A stretch of DNA of 24,055 nucleotides from Actinomycetota bacterium (GTDB lineage: Bacteria > Actinomycetota > Acidimicrobiia > Spongiisociales > ZC4RG35), in the NCBI GenBank assembly GCA_046538055.1, contig JBKHJQ010000001.1, forward strand, positions 1-24,055, read 5' to 3'. The notes under the pieces were generated by a model. That model saw nothing but the letters and a program-made list of their open reading frames with translations. It did no database searches and was not told the origin of the DNA. Position 1 is the stretch's first letter, and each line of letters opens with the position of its first letter. Positions 1-9,137 of this stretch are shown piece after piece. Made by a program: the position numbers and the translations under genes.

Positions 1-966
1 GGACAGAGCCAGACCCCACCAGAGCATGCCGATCCGCTGCAGGCGCCATGCCAGTCCCAAGGCGCTGGACAGGCTGCCGGGGGCGTGGGCCGGCCCAGGC
101 CGGGACTCGAAGAGACCCGCGCCCACATCCCGCCGGGTGCTGAGCGAGTAGGCCACCCCGACCAGGATCCCGCTCAGGGCCAGCGAGAGCAGCAGGGGCC
201 ACCAGCGATCGGCCACATACACCCGGGTCTGTTGCGCCCATCCGATGGGGGACAGCCAGGAGGCGATGCCCCCGCCCACCTCGGTCATGTCCCCCCCGGC
301 ACGAAGCAGATAGGCCGAGGCGAAGGCGGCACCGGCCAGGCCATTGGCGCCGCGTGAGTGCTCATTGACCTGGACCGTGGCCGCCGCCACGGCCGCGAAG
401 ACCACGCCTATGGAGGCGACGGCCGCCCCGAACAGAACAGAGCTCTCCCAACCGATTCCCTCCACTCCCAGGGAGGCGAGACCCGACGCCAGCAGCGCCC
501 CCAGCAACGCACTGGCCGCCACCGCCACCACCAGGGCGGCGGTGGTGGTGGCATGGCGCCCCACGCGACTGGATTGCACCAGCTCGGCACGGCCCGTCTC
601 CTCCTCAGTGCGGGTGTTGCGGACCACGGTGAAGATCCCCATCAGGGCCGCGAAGATGGCGATCCAGCTCAGCAGCTCGTGGCTCACCATGGCCCCGAAC
701 GTGTAGTCGTCCAGCCCGTAGCCTGGTCCGCTTATGGCTCTGGTGCCGGGGTTCTCCATGAGGGCGGAGCGTGCCTGCCGCTCCGCCTCGCTCGGGTAGA
801 TGTCAGGGAGGGCCGCCACGGAGGCCAGGGTGAAGAGGACGATGCTCAGGATCCACACGGGGAGTCGGATCCGGTCCCGGCGCACCATGAACCGCACCAG
901 CGGGACGGTCCCGGTGAGAGGGCTGTGAGACCCCCCGAAGGCGAGCCTTGTTGCCTCCCCACTCAC
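1..966 (-). CDS. ABC-2 type exporter permease (TnrB3/polyketide-ionophore resistance-like), partial, runs off the left edge
   Basis: Not in the ORF track because it is open at the edge. Manual translation from GTG at 966 (GTGA overlap with the ATPase stop) gives [58 protein letters not shown]...[40 protein letters not shown], matching the RRDR..W and TRxEEExGRxEL motifs of this permease family. Confidence 0.88.
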   Translation of the reverse strand, partial: MSGEATRLAFGGSHSPLTGTVPLVRFMVRRDRIRLPVWILSIVLFTLASVAALPDIYPSEAERQARSALMENPGTRAISGPGYGLDDYTFGAMVSHELLSWIAIFAALMGIFTVVRNTRTEEETGRAELVQSSRVGRHATTTAALVVAVAASALLGALLASGLASLGVEGIGWESSVLFGAAVASIGVVFAAVAAATVQVNEHSRGANGLAGAAFASAYLLRAGGDMTEVGGGIASWLSPIGWAQQTRVYVADRWWPLLLSLALSGILVGVAYSLSTRRDVGAGLFESRPGPAHAPGSLSSALGLAWRLQRIGMLWWGLALS

Positions 967-1871
967 GTCCGTCCACCCCCGTCATCGATGTCCGCTCCGT
1001 AGTGGCGGAGCATCAACTCCTCCAGCGTGGGGGGATGGCTGGTGAGGCCCCGCAATCCGAACCTTCCCACGTGCTTGATCGCCGCGTCCAGGTGCTCGCC
1101 GTCCACCGCGAAGCGTACCCGCCGATCGGTCGCCTCCAGGTCGTGGATGCCGGCCAGGTCCTCCAGCCCTGTGACCGGCTCGGCGGTGTGCGCCTCGACT
1201 GTGGTCCGGGTGAGGTGGCGCATCTCCAGGAGCGTGCCAGTCTGGACGACCTGTCCCTGCCGGATGATGCTGATGCGGTCCGCCAGCTTCTCCACCTGGG
1301 CGAGGATGTGGGAGGAGAGGAGGACGGTCCTGCCCTCCTCCTTCATCCGGTTGATCACGTCCTGGAACACGACCTCCATCAGCGGGTCGAGCCCGGCGGT
1401 GGGCTCGTCCAGCAGCAGGAGCTCGGCGTCCGACGCCAGGGCCGCCACTATGGCCACTTTCTGGCGGTTGCCCTTGGAGTATGCCCTTCCCTTCTTGGTG
1501 GGATCCAGGTCGAACCGCTCCACCAGCTCGTCCCGACGAGCCCGATCGAGGCGGCCGCGCAGACGGCCCAGGAGGTCGATCGCCTCTCCGCCCGTCAGGT
1601 TGGGCCACAGCTCCACATCCCCGGGCACGTAGGCGAGCCGCCGGTGTAGCTCGACGGCATCGCTCCACGGGTCACCCCCCATGACCGATACCTCTCCCCC
1701 GTCCCGGCGCAGCAGCCCCAGGAGGATCCGCAACGTGGTGGTCTTGCCGGCCCCGTTGGGGCCCAGCAACCCGTGCACCTCCCCCCGGGACACAGACAGG
1801 TCGAGTCCATCCAGCGCCCGGGTCGGTCCGTAGCTCTTTTCGAGAGCGCTGATCTCGATGATGCCGGCCAT
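963..1871 (-). CDS. ABC transporter ATP-binding protein (drug/ionophore exporter type)
   Basis: Walker [10 protein letters not shown], signature-like YSKGNRQKV, Walker [10 protein letters not shown]-loop LSSH; 302 aa; coupled to the permease. Confidence 0.95.
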   Translation of the reverse strand: MAGIIEISALEKSYGPTRALDGLDLSVSRGEVHGLLGPNGAGKTTTLRILLGLLRRDGGEVSVMGGDPWSDAVELHRRLAYVPGDVELWPNLTGGEAIDLLGRLRGRLDRARRDELVERFDLDPTKKGRAYSKGNRQKVAIVAALASDAELLLLDEPTAGLDPLMEVVFQDVINRMKEEGRTVLLSSHILAQVEKLADRISIIRQGQVVQTGTLLEMRHLTRTTVEAHTAEPVTGLEDLAGIHDLEATDRRVRFAVDGEHLDAAIKHVGRFGLRGLTSHPPTLEELMLRHYGADIDDGGGRT

Positions 1872-1874
1872 CGC

Positions 1875-2543
1875 CTATACCTCGTCCTTCTTCTGGTACT
1901 CGTCCACCGCGGCACGGATGTCCCGCCACACGTCGGTATCCACCATGTCGCTGATAGCCTCGAAGGCATCCAGCATCGCCTGGCCGATGCGGATGATCGC
2001 CGTCTCCGTCCACGGCTCTACCCCGATCCGCCGGGCCACGTGGGGCTGGAGGATCATCGTGCTGGTATTGATGGCGGTGAGGACGGCGGCCGCGTCCCGG
2101 GTCCGGGTGTCTCCCGCCGGGAACCGCTGCGGCCACCAGGAAGTGAGGAACTCCTCGCTCCTGGCCATCACCTCCTCCACCATCCCCGCGATCGGTGCCG
2201 AGCCGTCCACCAGGGCCCGGCCCACGTACCGCTGCACGCCCGGCGCCACCGCCAGCATGCTGGAGAACACCGACGGATCGCCGATCCTCCCCTCGTCCAT
2301 CGCCTCGGTCTTGAACTTGATCAACGCCAGGACCGCCTCGTCACAGGCGGCGCGCAGACCGTCCTTGGTTCCGAAGTGGTGCTGAACCAGACCCAGGGAC
2401 ACTCCCGCCGCGGCGGCGATCCCCCGCATGGAAGCCCCCCGGTAGCCTTTCTCGGCGAACTCCGACATGGCGGCGTCCCGGATCCGTGCCCGGGTGGTCA
2501 GGTCCTCTGTGGGCCGGTCGAATCCCGGCGATGTGGCCACCAT
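1875..2543 (-). CDS. TetR/AcrR family transcriptional regulator
   Basis: N-terminal HTH: RARIRDAAMSEFAEKGYRGASMRGIAAAAGVSLGLVQHHFGTKDGL. Start moved from TTG 2555 to ATG 2543 because the -10 box lies at 2552-2557. Confidence 0.93.
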   Translation of the reverse strand: MVATSPGFDRPTEDLTTRARIRDAAMSEFAEKGYRGASMRGIAAAAGVSLGLVQHHFGTKDGLRAACDEAVLALIKFKTEAMDEGRIGDPSVFSSMLAVAPGVQRYVGRALVDGSAPIAGMVEEVMARSEEFLTSWWPQRFPAGDTRTRDAAAVLTAINTSTMILQPHVARRIGVEPWTETAIIRIGQAMLDAFEAISDMVDTDVWRDIRAAVDEYQKKDEV

Positions 2544-2551
2544 TCGGGTTG

Positions 2552-2589
2552 ACAATACACTTGTATCGTTGGCAAGTCAATCGTATAGC
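2552..2589. promoter_or_regulatory. Overlapping divergent sigma70-type promoters with a central palindrome (putative TetR operator)
   Basis: Minus strand: TTGACT (2580-2575), 17 nt, TATTGT (2557-2552), then 8 nt to the tetR ATG. Plus strand: TTGTAT (2561-2566), 17 nt, TATAGC (2584-2589). Palindrome ATACA-CT-TGTAT at 2555-2566. Confidence 0.7.
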
Positions 2590-2617
2590 AACTTGAGAGA
2601 CGATCGAGAAAAGGGGC

Positions 2618-2692
2618 ATGGACCTCGAGGCTGCGGTCCTTGGGTTCGGCTACCCGGGCTCCGATGATCAGCCGGAGGCCTCCTCGTCATAG
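2618..2692 (+). CDS. Candidate 24-aa small ORF or gene relic (MDLEAAVLGFGYPGSDDQPEASSS)
   Basis: ATG preceded by purine-rich GAGAAAAGGGGC, downstream of the plus-strand promoter; third codon positions mostly G/C. Confidence 0.3.
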   Translation: MDLEAAVLGFGYPGSDDQPEASSS

Positions 2693-2728
2693 TCTCACGA
2701 CGAACGTCGCCGTCAGGGAGGAACGACT

Positions 2729-3070
2729 ATGACCGTGGACGAGTACCTGGATGCCGCTCCGGAGCCACAGCGCACCACCCTCAGAGCCTTGCGGCTGACG
2801 CTCCGACGGCTCCTGCCTGGAGCGGAGGAGACGATCTCCTACGGCATGCCCGCCTTCATGCTGAAGGGAAAGGCGGTGGCCGGCTACGCCTACTTCAGGG
2901 GCCACTGCAGCTACTTCCCCCACTCCGGATCGGTCCTGGAGGAGGCAGCGGATGACCTGTCCGCCTATGAGTGGTCCAAGGGCACCCTCCGCTTCCCCAT
3001 TGGGGAGTCCCTCCCGGAACCCCTGGTACGCCGGCTGGTCGAAGTACGGAGAGAGCACCTGGGGATCTGA
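2729..3070 (+). CDS. DUF1801 / YdhG-like protein
   Basis: TVDEYL...PEPQRTTLRALR...PGAEETISYGMPAF...YSFPH-like YFPHSG...SKGTLRFP pattern typical of DUF1801; SD GGGAGG upstream. Confidence 0.85.
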   Translation: MTVDEYLDAAPEPQRTTLRALRLTLRRLLPGAEETISYGMPAFMLKGKAVAGYAYFRGHCSYFPHSGSVLEEAADDLSAYEWSKGTLRFPIGESLPEPLVRRLVEVRREHLGI

Positions 3071-3255
3071 CGATCGGCCCGGCCGCCTCCCCCGGATCGG
3101 CCCACCGGGGAACCGTCCGATCAGCCGATCCGGTCGGGTCTCTTCGTGACCGAGGGCTGCGTGCGACTCGGGGATGATCGGGGCGGGACCATTGACCCTT
3201 GTCCGCGCTCCTCACAACTACATCCTGGAGGAAGCCGTCTCCGGGAGGTTCGAGA

Positions 3256-3669
3256 ATGCAGACTGCTCAGAGGAACCGAGTCACCCACGGAGAAGCCGGG
3301 CTTCGACCGGCGATCTCTGTGGCTGCCGGGCTGTCGGCGGTCACGGCCTTCCTCTACTTGCTCATCGGAGCAAGGGCGGTGACCGTCCTCGACACCCCCG
3401 AGGACCAGACCGCCTTCGGTCTCATCGCGGCAGCCGCGTTCCTGGCCGGGTCGGCGGTTCTGCTGGTGGTGCGGAGGCGATGGGTATGGATCCTGGGAAC
3501 CCTGGGAGTGGTGTTCGTGATCTTCACCTACTTCAACCTGGCCCCGGAGAGATCCCCCCAGTTCGAGCTGTGGGGCATCCTGATCAGGGTCCTCCAGGCT
3601 GGTCTGCTGGTGACACTCGCCTACCTGGCGGCACGTCCACTCTCTCCCGGAAACCGGACTCCCCGATAA
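3256..3669 (+). CDS. Hypothetical membrane protein (four hydrophobic segments)
   Basis: ATG 3256 with GGAGG 7 nt upstream; four apolar stretches separated by short polar loops. Confidence 0.75.
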   Translation: MQTAQRNRVTHGEAGLRPAISVAAGLSAVTAFLYLLIGARAVTVLDTPEDQTAFGLIAAAAFLAGSAVLLVVRRRWVWILGTLGVVFVIFTYFNLAPERSPQFELWGILIRVLQAGLLVTLAYLAARPLSPGNRTPR

Positions 3670-3758
3670 CCGATGGATGAGACGGCGGTACGGTGTTGGA
3701 GACCGGCCGCAGCAGAAACCGGTCGGGCGATCGCCGGACATGAAGGAGTGACAGCACG

Positions 3759-4025
3759 ATGCCGGAGCGCAAGGTCGAGATCCCCAACCCGAGTGGCCTG
3801 CATGCCCGACCGGCCAAGGTATTCGCCGAGGCGGCTGCCTCGGCGCCGGGTGGCGTCACCATCTCCAAGGGAGGGCGGGAGGTAAACGCCAAGTCGGTGC
3901 TGTCAGTTCTCACCCTCGACTGCCACCAGGGAGACGAGATCCTGATCCGGACCGAGGGGCCCGAAGGAGATGCCACCCTGGAGGAGCTGGTGAGCCTGAT
4001 CGAGTCCGGCCTCGGAGAGCTGTGA
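3759..4025 (+). CDS. ptsH: PTS phosphocarrier protein HPr
   Basis: Active-site GLHARPA and regulatory-Ser motif NAKSVLSVL; 88 aa; SD AAGGAG. Confidence 0.96.
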   Translation: MPERKVEIPNPSGLHARPAKVFAEAAASAPGGVTISKGGREVNAKSVLSVLTLDCHQGDEILIRTEGPEGDATLEELVSLIESGLGEL

Positions 4026-5743
4026 CCGCCCGCCTGCAGGGGCAACCGGCGGCGCCGGGAGCCGCCCTGGCACCCGCCTTCGTCGTGGAGGGGCCGGAGG
4101 CACCTCTCGAGATTCCCGAGCAGCGAGAGGTATCTCCAGAGGATGAGATGGCCCGCCTGGACGACGCCCTCGAACGTGCCTCCTCCCAGTTGGCCGCTCT
4201 GGCCGGCTCCCTCTCCGGGGACTTGCCGGAGGAGGCGGAGATATTCCAGGCCCATGCCGCCTTCGCCGCCGATCCTGAGATACGCGATCGGGCCGCCACC
4301 CACATCGGCCATGGGGCATCGGCGGAGCGGGCGGTCACCGACGCCTTCGACGGCTTCCGGGAGCTGCTCGCCGCCTCCGAGAGCGAGTACCTGGCGGCCA
4401 GGGCGGAGGACCTCGATGACGTCCGGGACCGGGTCGTGCGGATCCTCCAGGGAATCGACCCGGTGGCCCTCCGCCCCGATGTGCCTTCGGTGATCGTGGC
4501 CGACACCCTCACCCCGTCCCAGACGGTGGAGATACCCCGGCCCACCATCGCCGCCATTGTCACCGCCACCGGCTCGGCCACCAGCCACGCCGCCATCCTG
4601 GCCCGGGCGCTGGGTGTTCCGGCGGTCGTCGCCGCCGCAGGGTTGATGGACGTGGTGCGCCCCGGCCTGGAAGTGGGAGTGGACGGGCGATCGGGAGAAG
4701 TCGCCGTGGAGCCCGACGACGACGAGAAGGCCCGGTTCGCTGCCCGCATCGAGGAGGAAGAGGAGAAGCGCCAGAGGCTGGCCGAGTTGCGGGACATCCC
4801 CGCCGCCACTTCCGATGGCCACCGCCTGGAGCTGGCCGCCAACATCGGCAGCCCCGCCGACCTGGCAGGAGCAATCGAGGCAGGAGCAGAGGGAAGCGGT
4901 CTGGTCCGGACCGAGTTCCTCTTCATCGACCGGTCCCGGGCACCGTCCGTCGAGGACCAGGTCGACTTCTACCGGGAGGTGGCGCTGGCGTTTCCCGGGC
5001 ACCGGGTCGTCTTCCGCACCCTGGATGTGGGCGCCGACAAGCCTCTCCCGTTCGTGGACCGTGATCCCGAGCCCAATCCTGCTCTGGGCGTGCGGGGCAT
5101 CAGGCTCGGCCTCGATCGCCCTCAGTTGCTGCGCGACCAGCTCCAGGCCCTGATTCGGGCCCGGGCCGCGCTTTCCGGGCAGGGTGGCGACGTGGCGATC
5201 ATGTTCCCTCTAGTCACCGTGCCCGCGGAGCTGGCCTCAGCCCGCCGGATCCTCGCGACGGTCGCCGAGGAGGAAGGCGAGGACGTGTCGGACCTGGAGG
5301 TGGGGGCGATGATCGAAGTGCCTCTGGCCGCCCTCGCCGCGGACCGCATCGCCCGGCACGCCGACTTCCTCTCGATCGGAACCAACGACCTCATCCAGTA
5401 CGTGTTCGCCGCCGACCGCCTCGTGGGTGACCTGGCGGACCTGGCCGACATCTACCAGCCGGAGATGCTGGGGCTGCTGGCCGGCGTAGTCGAAGCGGGC
5501 CACCGGCATGGCGCCTGGGTGGGCGTGTGCGGGGAGTCCGCCGCCGACCCCGGACTGGCTCTCTTGTTCACGGGGCTGGGAGTGGACGAGCTGTCGATGA
5601 CGTCGACGGCCATCCCCGAGGTGAAGGCCGCTCTCCGGGGCGCCACATTGGAGGACTGCCGGAGGGCGGCCGCAGAAGCGCTGGCCGCCACCTCGGCCGA
5701 GGATGCGCGCCGAACGGTTCGACAGATGGTCCAACCCGGCTGA
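4022..5743 (+). CDS. ptsI: PTS enzyme I, phosphoenolpyruvate-protein phosphotransferase
   Basis: TSHAAILAR phospho-His motif, GLVRTEFLF, RTLDVGADK, NPALGVRGIR, SIGTNDLIQY, VCGE; 573 aa; GTGA overlap with ptsH. Confidence 0.96.
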   Translation: MTARLQGQPAAPGAALAPAFVVEGPEAPLEIPEQREVSPEDEMARLDDALERASSQLAALAGSLSGDLPEEAEIFQAHAAFAADPEIRDRAATHIGHGASAERAVTDAFDGFRELLAASESEYLAARAEDLDDVRDRVVRILQGIDPVALRPDVPSVIVADTLTPSQTVEIPRPTIAAIVTATGSATSHAAILARALGVPAVVAAAGLMDVVRPGLEVGVDGRSGEVAVEPDDDEKARFAARIEEEEEKRQRLAELRDIPAATSDGHRLELAANIGSPADLAGAIEAGAEGSGLVRTEFLFIDRSRAPSVEDQVDFYREVALAFPGHRVVFRTLDVGADKPLPFVDRDPEPNPALGVRGIRLGLDRPQLLRDQLQALIRARAALSGQGGDVAIMFPLVTVPAELASARRILATVAEEEGEDVSDLEVGAMIEVPLAALAADRIARHADFLSIGTNDLIQYVFAADRLVGDLADLADIYQPEMLGLLAGVVEAGHRHGAWVGVCGESAADPGLALLFTGLGVDELSMTSTAIPEVKAALRGATLEDCRRAAAEALAATSAEDARRTVRQMVQPG

Positions 5744-5785
5744 GGATCAGAGGATCCTCCGGCCGAGCGGTAGTCCGGAGCTCGG

Positions 5786-6751
5786 TCAGGAGGGTGGCCC
5801 GGTGGACGCAGACTCCGCAGTCGCTACCTGGACGTGGGAGGCGAAAAGCGGCCTCTCTCCCTCCAGGTCGTCGTCCACGGCCTGCAACCGTTCGACGAGC
5901 TTCGCGAGCGAAGCCTCGTCGGTGGCAGCGCCGTAGAGGTCCGCATACAAGACCCCTCTTCGTTCCCACCGGTGGGTATCCAATCCTCGCTCCTCCAGCT
6001 GACGGACGACCCTGTCCTGTTCCTGCTCATCCCGGAACGCTCGTTGTGGAAGGCGCGCCCCTTCGATCGGGGCCATCGTCCAGCCCGATTCCTGGCAGGC
6101 GACGGCGATGGGGTCGGGATCGAACATGCGCAGGATGGTGAACACGGCGTAAGGACCATCCACGCCGGGATGGTCGAGCCCCACCTCGGGCAGCACCGAG
6201 CGCATGGTGCGCTCGGTGACATAGCCGATAGCGCCTGTGCTGATGACCAGGTTGCAGCTGCGAAACCAGGCCCTCTCCTCCTCGGTGGCCTCCGCGCCCG
6301 GGGATTCGAAGTCGGTCCAGATCCCTCCGTCCAGCAGCCCGGCGTCCAACGCGAAGGTAACCGCCTTCTCCGCCACATCCACCCCCACTACTCGCATATC
6401 GAGGGGAGGCACGGCGTGCAGCCAGTGTCTGGTAGCCGCCGTGCATGCCTCGTACTCCTTGGGTGCCCGGGAGTGGAAGAACGCGGCCAGCTCCTCGAAG
6501 GAGCATCCGAACTTGACGAACGCGGATCCGAGGCCGTACGAGCACCCGATGTCCAGCATTTGGACCGGCCACGCTGCGCCGTTCTGCTCCTTCAGCAACT
6601 CCATCCCGGCCATACAGTGGGGGCGAGCGCGCTCTCCGATCTGGTACCCGACACGGCACATCTCCTCCAGGTAGGCGTGCGGAGTGGGCGCGTTGTACAC
6701 GGCGCTGAAGGACGCCTTTGCCTGGTTCTGATCGTCATAGTCCATCGGCAT
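5786..6751 (-). CDS. Class I SAM-dependent methyltransferase-like protein, substrate unknown
   Basis: Motif I-like MLDIGCSYGL, motif II-like VVGVDVA, later LVISTGAIGYV; 321 aa coherent protein-like ORF. Confidence 0.75.
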   Translation of the reverse strand: MPMDYDDQNQAKASFSAVYNAPTPHAYLEEMCRVGYQIGERARPHCMAGMELLKEQNGAAWPVQMLDIGCSYGLGSAFVKFGCSFEELAAFFHSRAPKEYEACTAATRHWLHAVPPLDMRVVGVDVAEKAVTFALDAGLLDGGIWTDFESPGAEATEEERAWFRSCNLVISTGAIGYVTERTMRSVLPEVGLDHPGVDGPYAVFTILRMFDPDPIAVACQESGWTMAPIEGARLPQRAFRDEQEQDRVVRQLEERGLDTHRWERRGVLYADLYGAATDEASLAKLVERLQAVDDDLEGERPLFASHVQVATAESASTGPPS

Positions 6752-6784
6752 CCCCCGGCTCGCGAAATAGGTGGGTCTCTTTCC

Positions 6785-6793
6785 ACCATATCA
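6785..6793 (-). promoter_or_regulatory. Possible extended -10 promoter (TG-A-TATGGT) for the methyltransferase
   Basis: Minus-strand TGATATGGT about 33 nt upstream of the ATG; overlaps a GGTGG-N8-CCACC inverted repeat (6770-6787). Confidence 0.35.
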
Positions 6794-6837
6794 ACGCGGC
6801 CTATCCAACGACCTCCCGTCCCTGGAGCGCCTGGACC

Positions 6838-6889
6838 CCGTGGCGTTTGGGGACGCCCCTCGTGGGCTTCGCTCACGATGCCCCCACGG
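6838..6889 (-). terminator. Multi-stem structured element downstream of the EIIC gene (terminator or REP-like)
   Basis: CCGTGG/CCACGG (6838-6843/6884-6889) enclose GGCGT/ACGCC (6842-6846/6853-6857) and TCGTGGGC/GCTCACGA (6860-6867/6871-6878). Confidence 0.45.
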
Positions 6890-6924
6890 TGCCCGTCGGG
6901 CGACCAGCCCACCCGGCATCGGCC

Positions 6925-8316
6925 TCAGCCGGCGGCGCTATCGGTCTGGGATGCCTGGCCCTGTCGCTCCAGGTAGTCGGGGCGAAGCTTCGGGAAGACC
7001 ATGCCGAAGACGAACGCCGCCGCCACCAGGATCGCCGCCCAGATCCACACCAGGGCGGCTCCCGCCTCGGCCATGAATCCGGTCACGATCCCCACCCAGG
7101 CGAAGTCGGCGTCGCCGAAGGTGGTGTTGGCGAAGCCCAGCTCCCCCATGTACTGCAGAAGGAAGGCGGGGAGGAACGTGATGAACAGTCCGTTGACGAA
7201 CCCTCCGGCCACGGCACCCCAGCGGCCCCCCATGGCGTTGCCGAAGACCCCGGCACCGCCACCGGTGAAGAAGTGAGGCACCATCCCGGGGATGATCAGT
7301 GCCAGGCCGAGCGGGCCCAGCAAGATCATCGAGAACAGACCGCCCAGGACCGAGGCCCCGAAACCGATGATCACTGCGGTCGGGGCGTACGGGAACACGA
7401 TCGGGACGTCGAGGGCGGGGATGGCATTGGGGATCAGCTTGCTGGAGATCCCCTCGAACGCCGGCACGATCTCGGCGATGATCATCCGAACGCCGACCAG
7501 GATGATCCAGACCCCGGCGGCGAACGTGAGAGCCTGCACGATGGCGAACACCCAGGGGTTGGATCCACCGGCCAGTTCCGTCACGACGGTGGGACCCGCC
7601 ACGATGGCGAATATCAGGTAGACGACGAGCATCGCCACCGCGGTCGATACGAGGCTGTCCCGGAAGAAGCTGAGGCTGCGGGGCACCTCGAAGTCCTCGG
7701 TCGACTTCTCGGGGTTCCCGATCCCCGATCCCACCAGGCCGGCGGCGCTGTAGGCCAGGGTTCCGAAATGACCCATGGCGATCTCCTCACCGCCGGTGAT
7801 CCGCCGCATGAACGGCATGGCGATCGCCGGCATGAGGACCATCACCGAACCCGTGATCAGCGCACCGGTCACGAGCAGCTGCCATCCCTCCACGCCGGTG
7901 ACACCGATCGTCACTGCAGTCAGCGCCGCCATGAAGAAGACGTGGTGACCCGTGAGGAATACGTACCGGAGCCGGGTGAGGCGGGCCAGAACGAGGTTGA
8001 CGACGAACGCCAGTCCCATGATCCCCGCTGTCTGCGCCCCGAAGTCCTCCTGGGCGAGTGCCACCACCGCCTCATTGGTGGGGACCACACCTTGCAGGCC
8101 CAGGCCCTCGGAGATCATCGTGCCCAGGGGATCGAGAGCCTCGACGAGGATTCCCGCTCCGCCACCGAGGATCAGAAACCCGAGAATGGTCTTGAGGGTC
8201 CCGGTGACGACATCCGGGAAGGAGGCCCGGGCGACGAGCAGACCCACCAGGGCCAGCAGGCCGACCAGGATCGCGGCGTTGGAGAGTATCTCTTGTAGGA
8301 ACTCTAGGACGGGCAT
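6925..8316 (-). CDS. ulaA: PTS EIIC component, UlaA/SgaT (L-ascorbate) family; true substrate unknown
   Basis: 463 aa, highly hydrophobic; family motifs GTLKTILGFLIL, VVPTNEAV, VFLTGHH, GHFG, PALDVPIVFPYAP, VPHFF, NTTFGDADF; SD GAGGAGG. Symbol denotes family only. Confidence 0.92.
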   Translation of the reverse strand: MPVLEFLQEILSNAAILVGLLALVGLLVARASFPDVVTGTLKTILGFLILGGGAGILVEALDPLGTMISEGLGLQGVVPTNEAVVALAQEDFGAQTAGIMGLAFVVNLVLARLTRLRYVFLTGHHVFFMAALTAVTIGVTGVEGWQLLVTGALITGSVMVLMPAIAMPFMRRITGGEEIAMGHFGTLAYSAAGLVGSGIGNPEKSTEDFEVPRSLSFFRDSLVSTAVAMLVVYLIFAIVAGPTVVTELAGGSNPWVFAIVQALTFAAGVWIILVGVRMIIAEIVPAFEGISSKLIPNAIPALDVPIVFPYAPTAVIIGFGASVLGGLFSMILLGPLGLALIIPGMVPHFFTGGGAGVFGNAMGGRWGAVAGGFVNGLFITFLPAFLLQYMGELGFANTTFGDADFAWVGIVTGFMAEAGAALVWIWAAILVAAAFVFGMVFPKLRPDYLERQGQASQTDSAAG

Positions 8317-8365
8317 TCTTCCTCCTCGTTAGCGGGTGCGTACGAACCCACCTCTGTGGGAACCC

Positions 8366-8644
8366 TCATTGCATGTCCTGGACCGCCTCGGTCACCTTCT
8401 GGTTGATCTCCTCACGGTCCATGAAGTTTTTGATGACGACGACCTTGGCGGACATGTCCTTCATGCCCTCGGCCAGTTCGGCCGAAGTGAAGATCAGGTC
8501 CGCCCGCTGGCCCTTGGCGGCGCTGGCGTCCGTCACGTCCAGCATGTAGTCGACGCCGGTGGCGTCGAGTGCGGCGCGCAGCCGGGACTTGAGGATGGCG
8601 CTGGTACCCAGACCCATGCCGCACACTGCGAACACTCTTATCAT
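8366..8644 (-). CDS. PTS EIIB component (UlaB/SgaB-like)
   Basis: Phospho-Cys loop AVCGMGLGTS near the N-terminus; 92 aa; ATGA overlap with EIIA. Confidence 0.93.
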   Translation of the reverse strand: MIRVFAVCGMGLGTSAILKSRLRAALDATGVDYMLDVTDASAAKGQRADLIFTSAELAEGMKDMSAKVVVIKNFMDREEINQKVTEAVQDMQ

Positions 8645-9129
8645 GAATACGCCTCCTCTATGACACGATACAGTTCCTCATCGTTGTCTGCCGCTCGGAT
8701 ACGTGCAAGATTGTCCCCGCTTTCTATGAACTCGGCCAAAGCCGACAGTGCCGTGATGTGCTGGTCGCTGTCGGGAGTGGCGAAGGCGAACACCAGGTCG
8801 ACGGGATCGTTGTTGGCCGCACCGAACTCCACCGGCTCCGCCAGCTTCACCAGGGAGAACCCGACGGCCAACCCGCCGTCTTCGGGCCGGGCGTGGGCCA
8901 GGGCGATTCCCGGCGCCAGCACGATGTAGGGACCGAGACGCTCCACGGCCTCCACGATGGCATCGACGTAATCCTCGCTGGCCGCCCCCGTCGCCACCAG
9001 CAGCTCTCCGGATGCCCGGACGGCCTCCCGCCAGTCGGCGCATCTGACGCCGGACCGGACCGCAGCACGAGGGAAGGAGGCGGAGAGGTCCCTCGTGCTC
9101 TCGGCATCGGCGTTCACTCCCGCGAGCAT
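8641..9129 (-). CDS. PTS EIIA component (UlaC/mannitol-fructose type)
   Basis: WREAVRASGELL, YVDAI, GPYIVLAPGIALAHARPE (phospho-His), NDPVDLVFAF, HITALSAL. Start uncertain; ATG 9129 chosen because GTG 9234 overlaps the tkt start. Confidence 0.9.
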   Translation of the reverse strand: MLAGVNADAESTRDLSASFPRAAVRSGVRCADWREAVRASGELLVATGAASEDYVDAIVEAVERLGPYIVLAPGIALAHARPEDGGLAVGFSLVKLAEPVEFGAANNDPVDLVFAFATPDSDQHITALSALAEFIESGDNLARIRAADNDEELYRVIEEAYS

Positions 9130-9137
9130 AGGACCTT

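Noticed and set aside
3070-3135. Repeated GATCGG/CCGATC words after the DUF1801 gene
   Set aside because: Short, irregularly spaced and GC-rich; no CRISPR-like repeat-spacer periodicity. At most a weak terminator.
3192-3224. TTGACC as a -35 for the membrane protein gene
   Set aside because: No credible -10 at 16-18 nt spacing.
5757-5785. Competing 6-bp stems between the convergent ptsI and methyltransferase genes
   Set aside because: Short all-GC stems of this length are expected by chance here.
8317-8365. Two small hairpins between EIIB and EIIC
   Set aside because: Only 4-5 bp stems; not enough to call a regulatory element.
6925-9129. Calling the PTS an L-ascorbate utilisation (ula) operon
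   Set aside because: Family membership is clear, but none of the ascorbate catabolic genes is in the window, so the substrate cannot be assigned.
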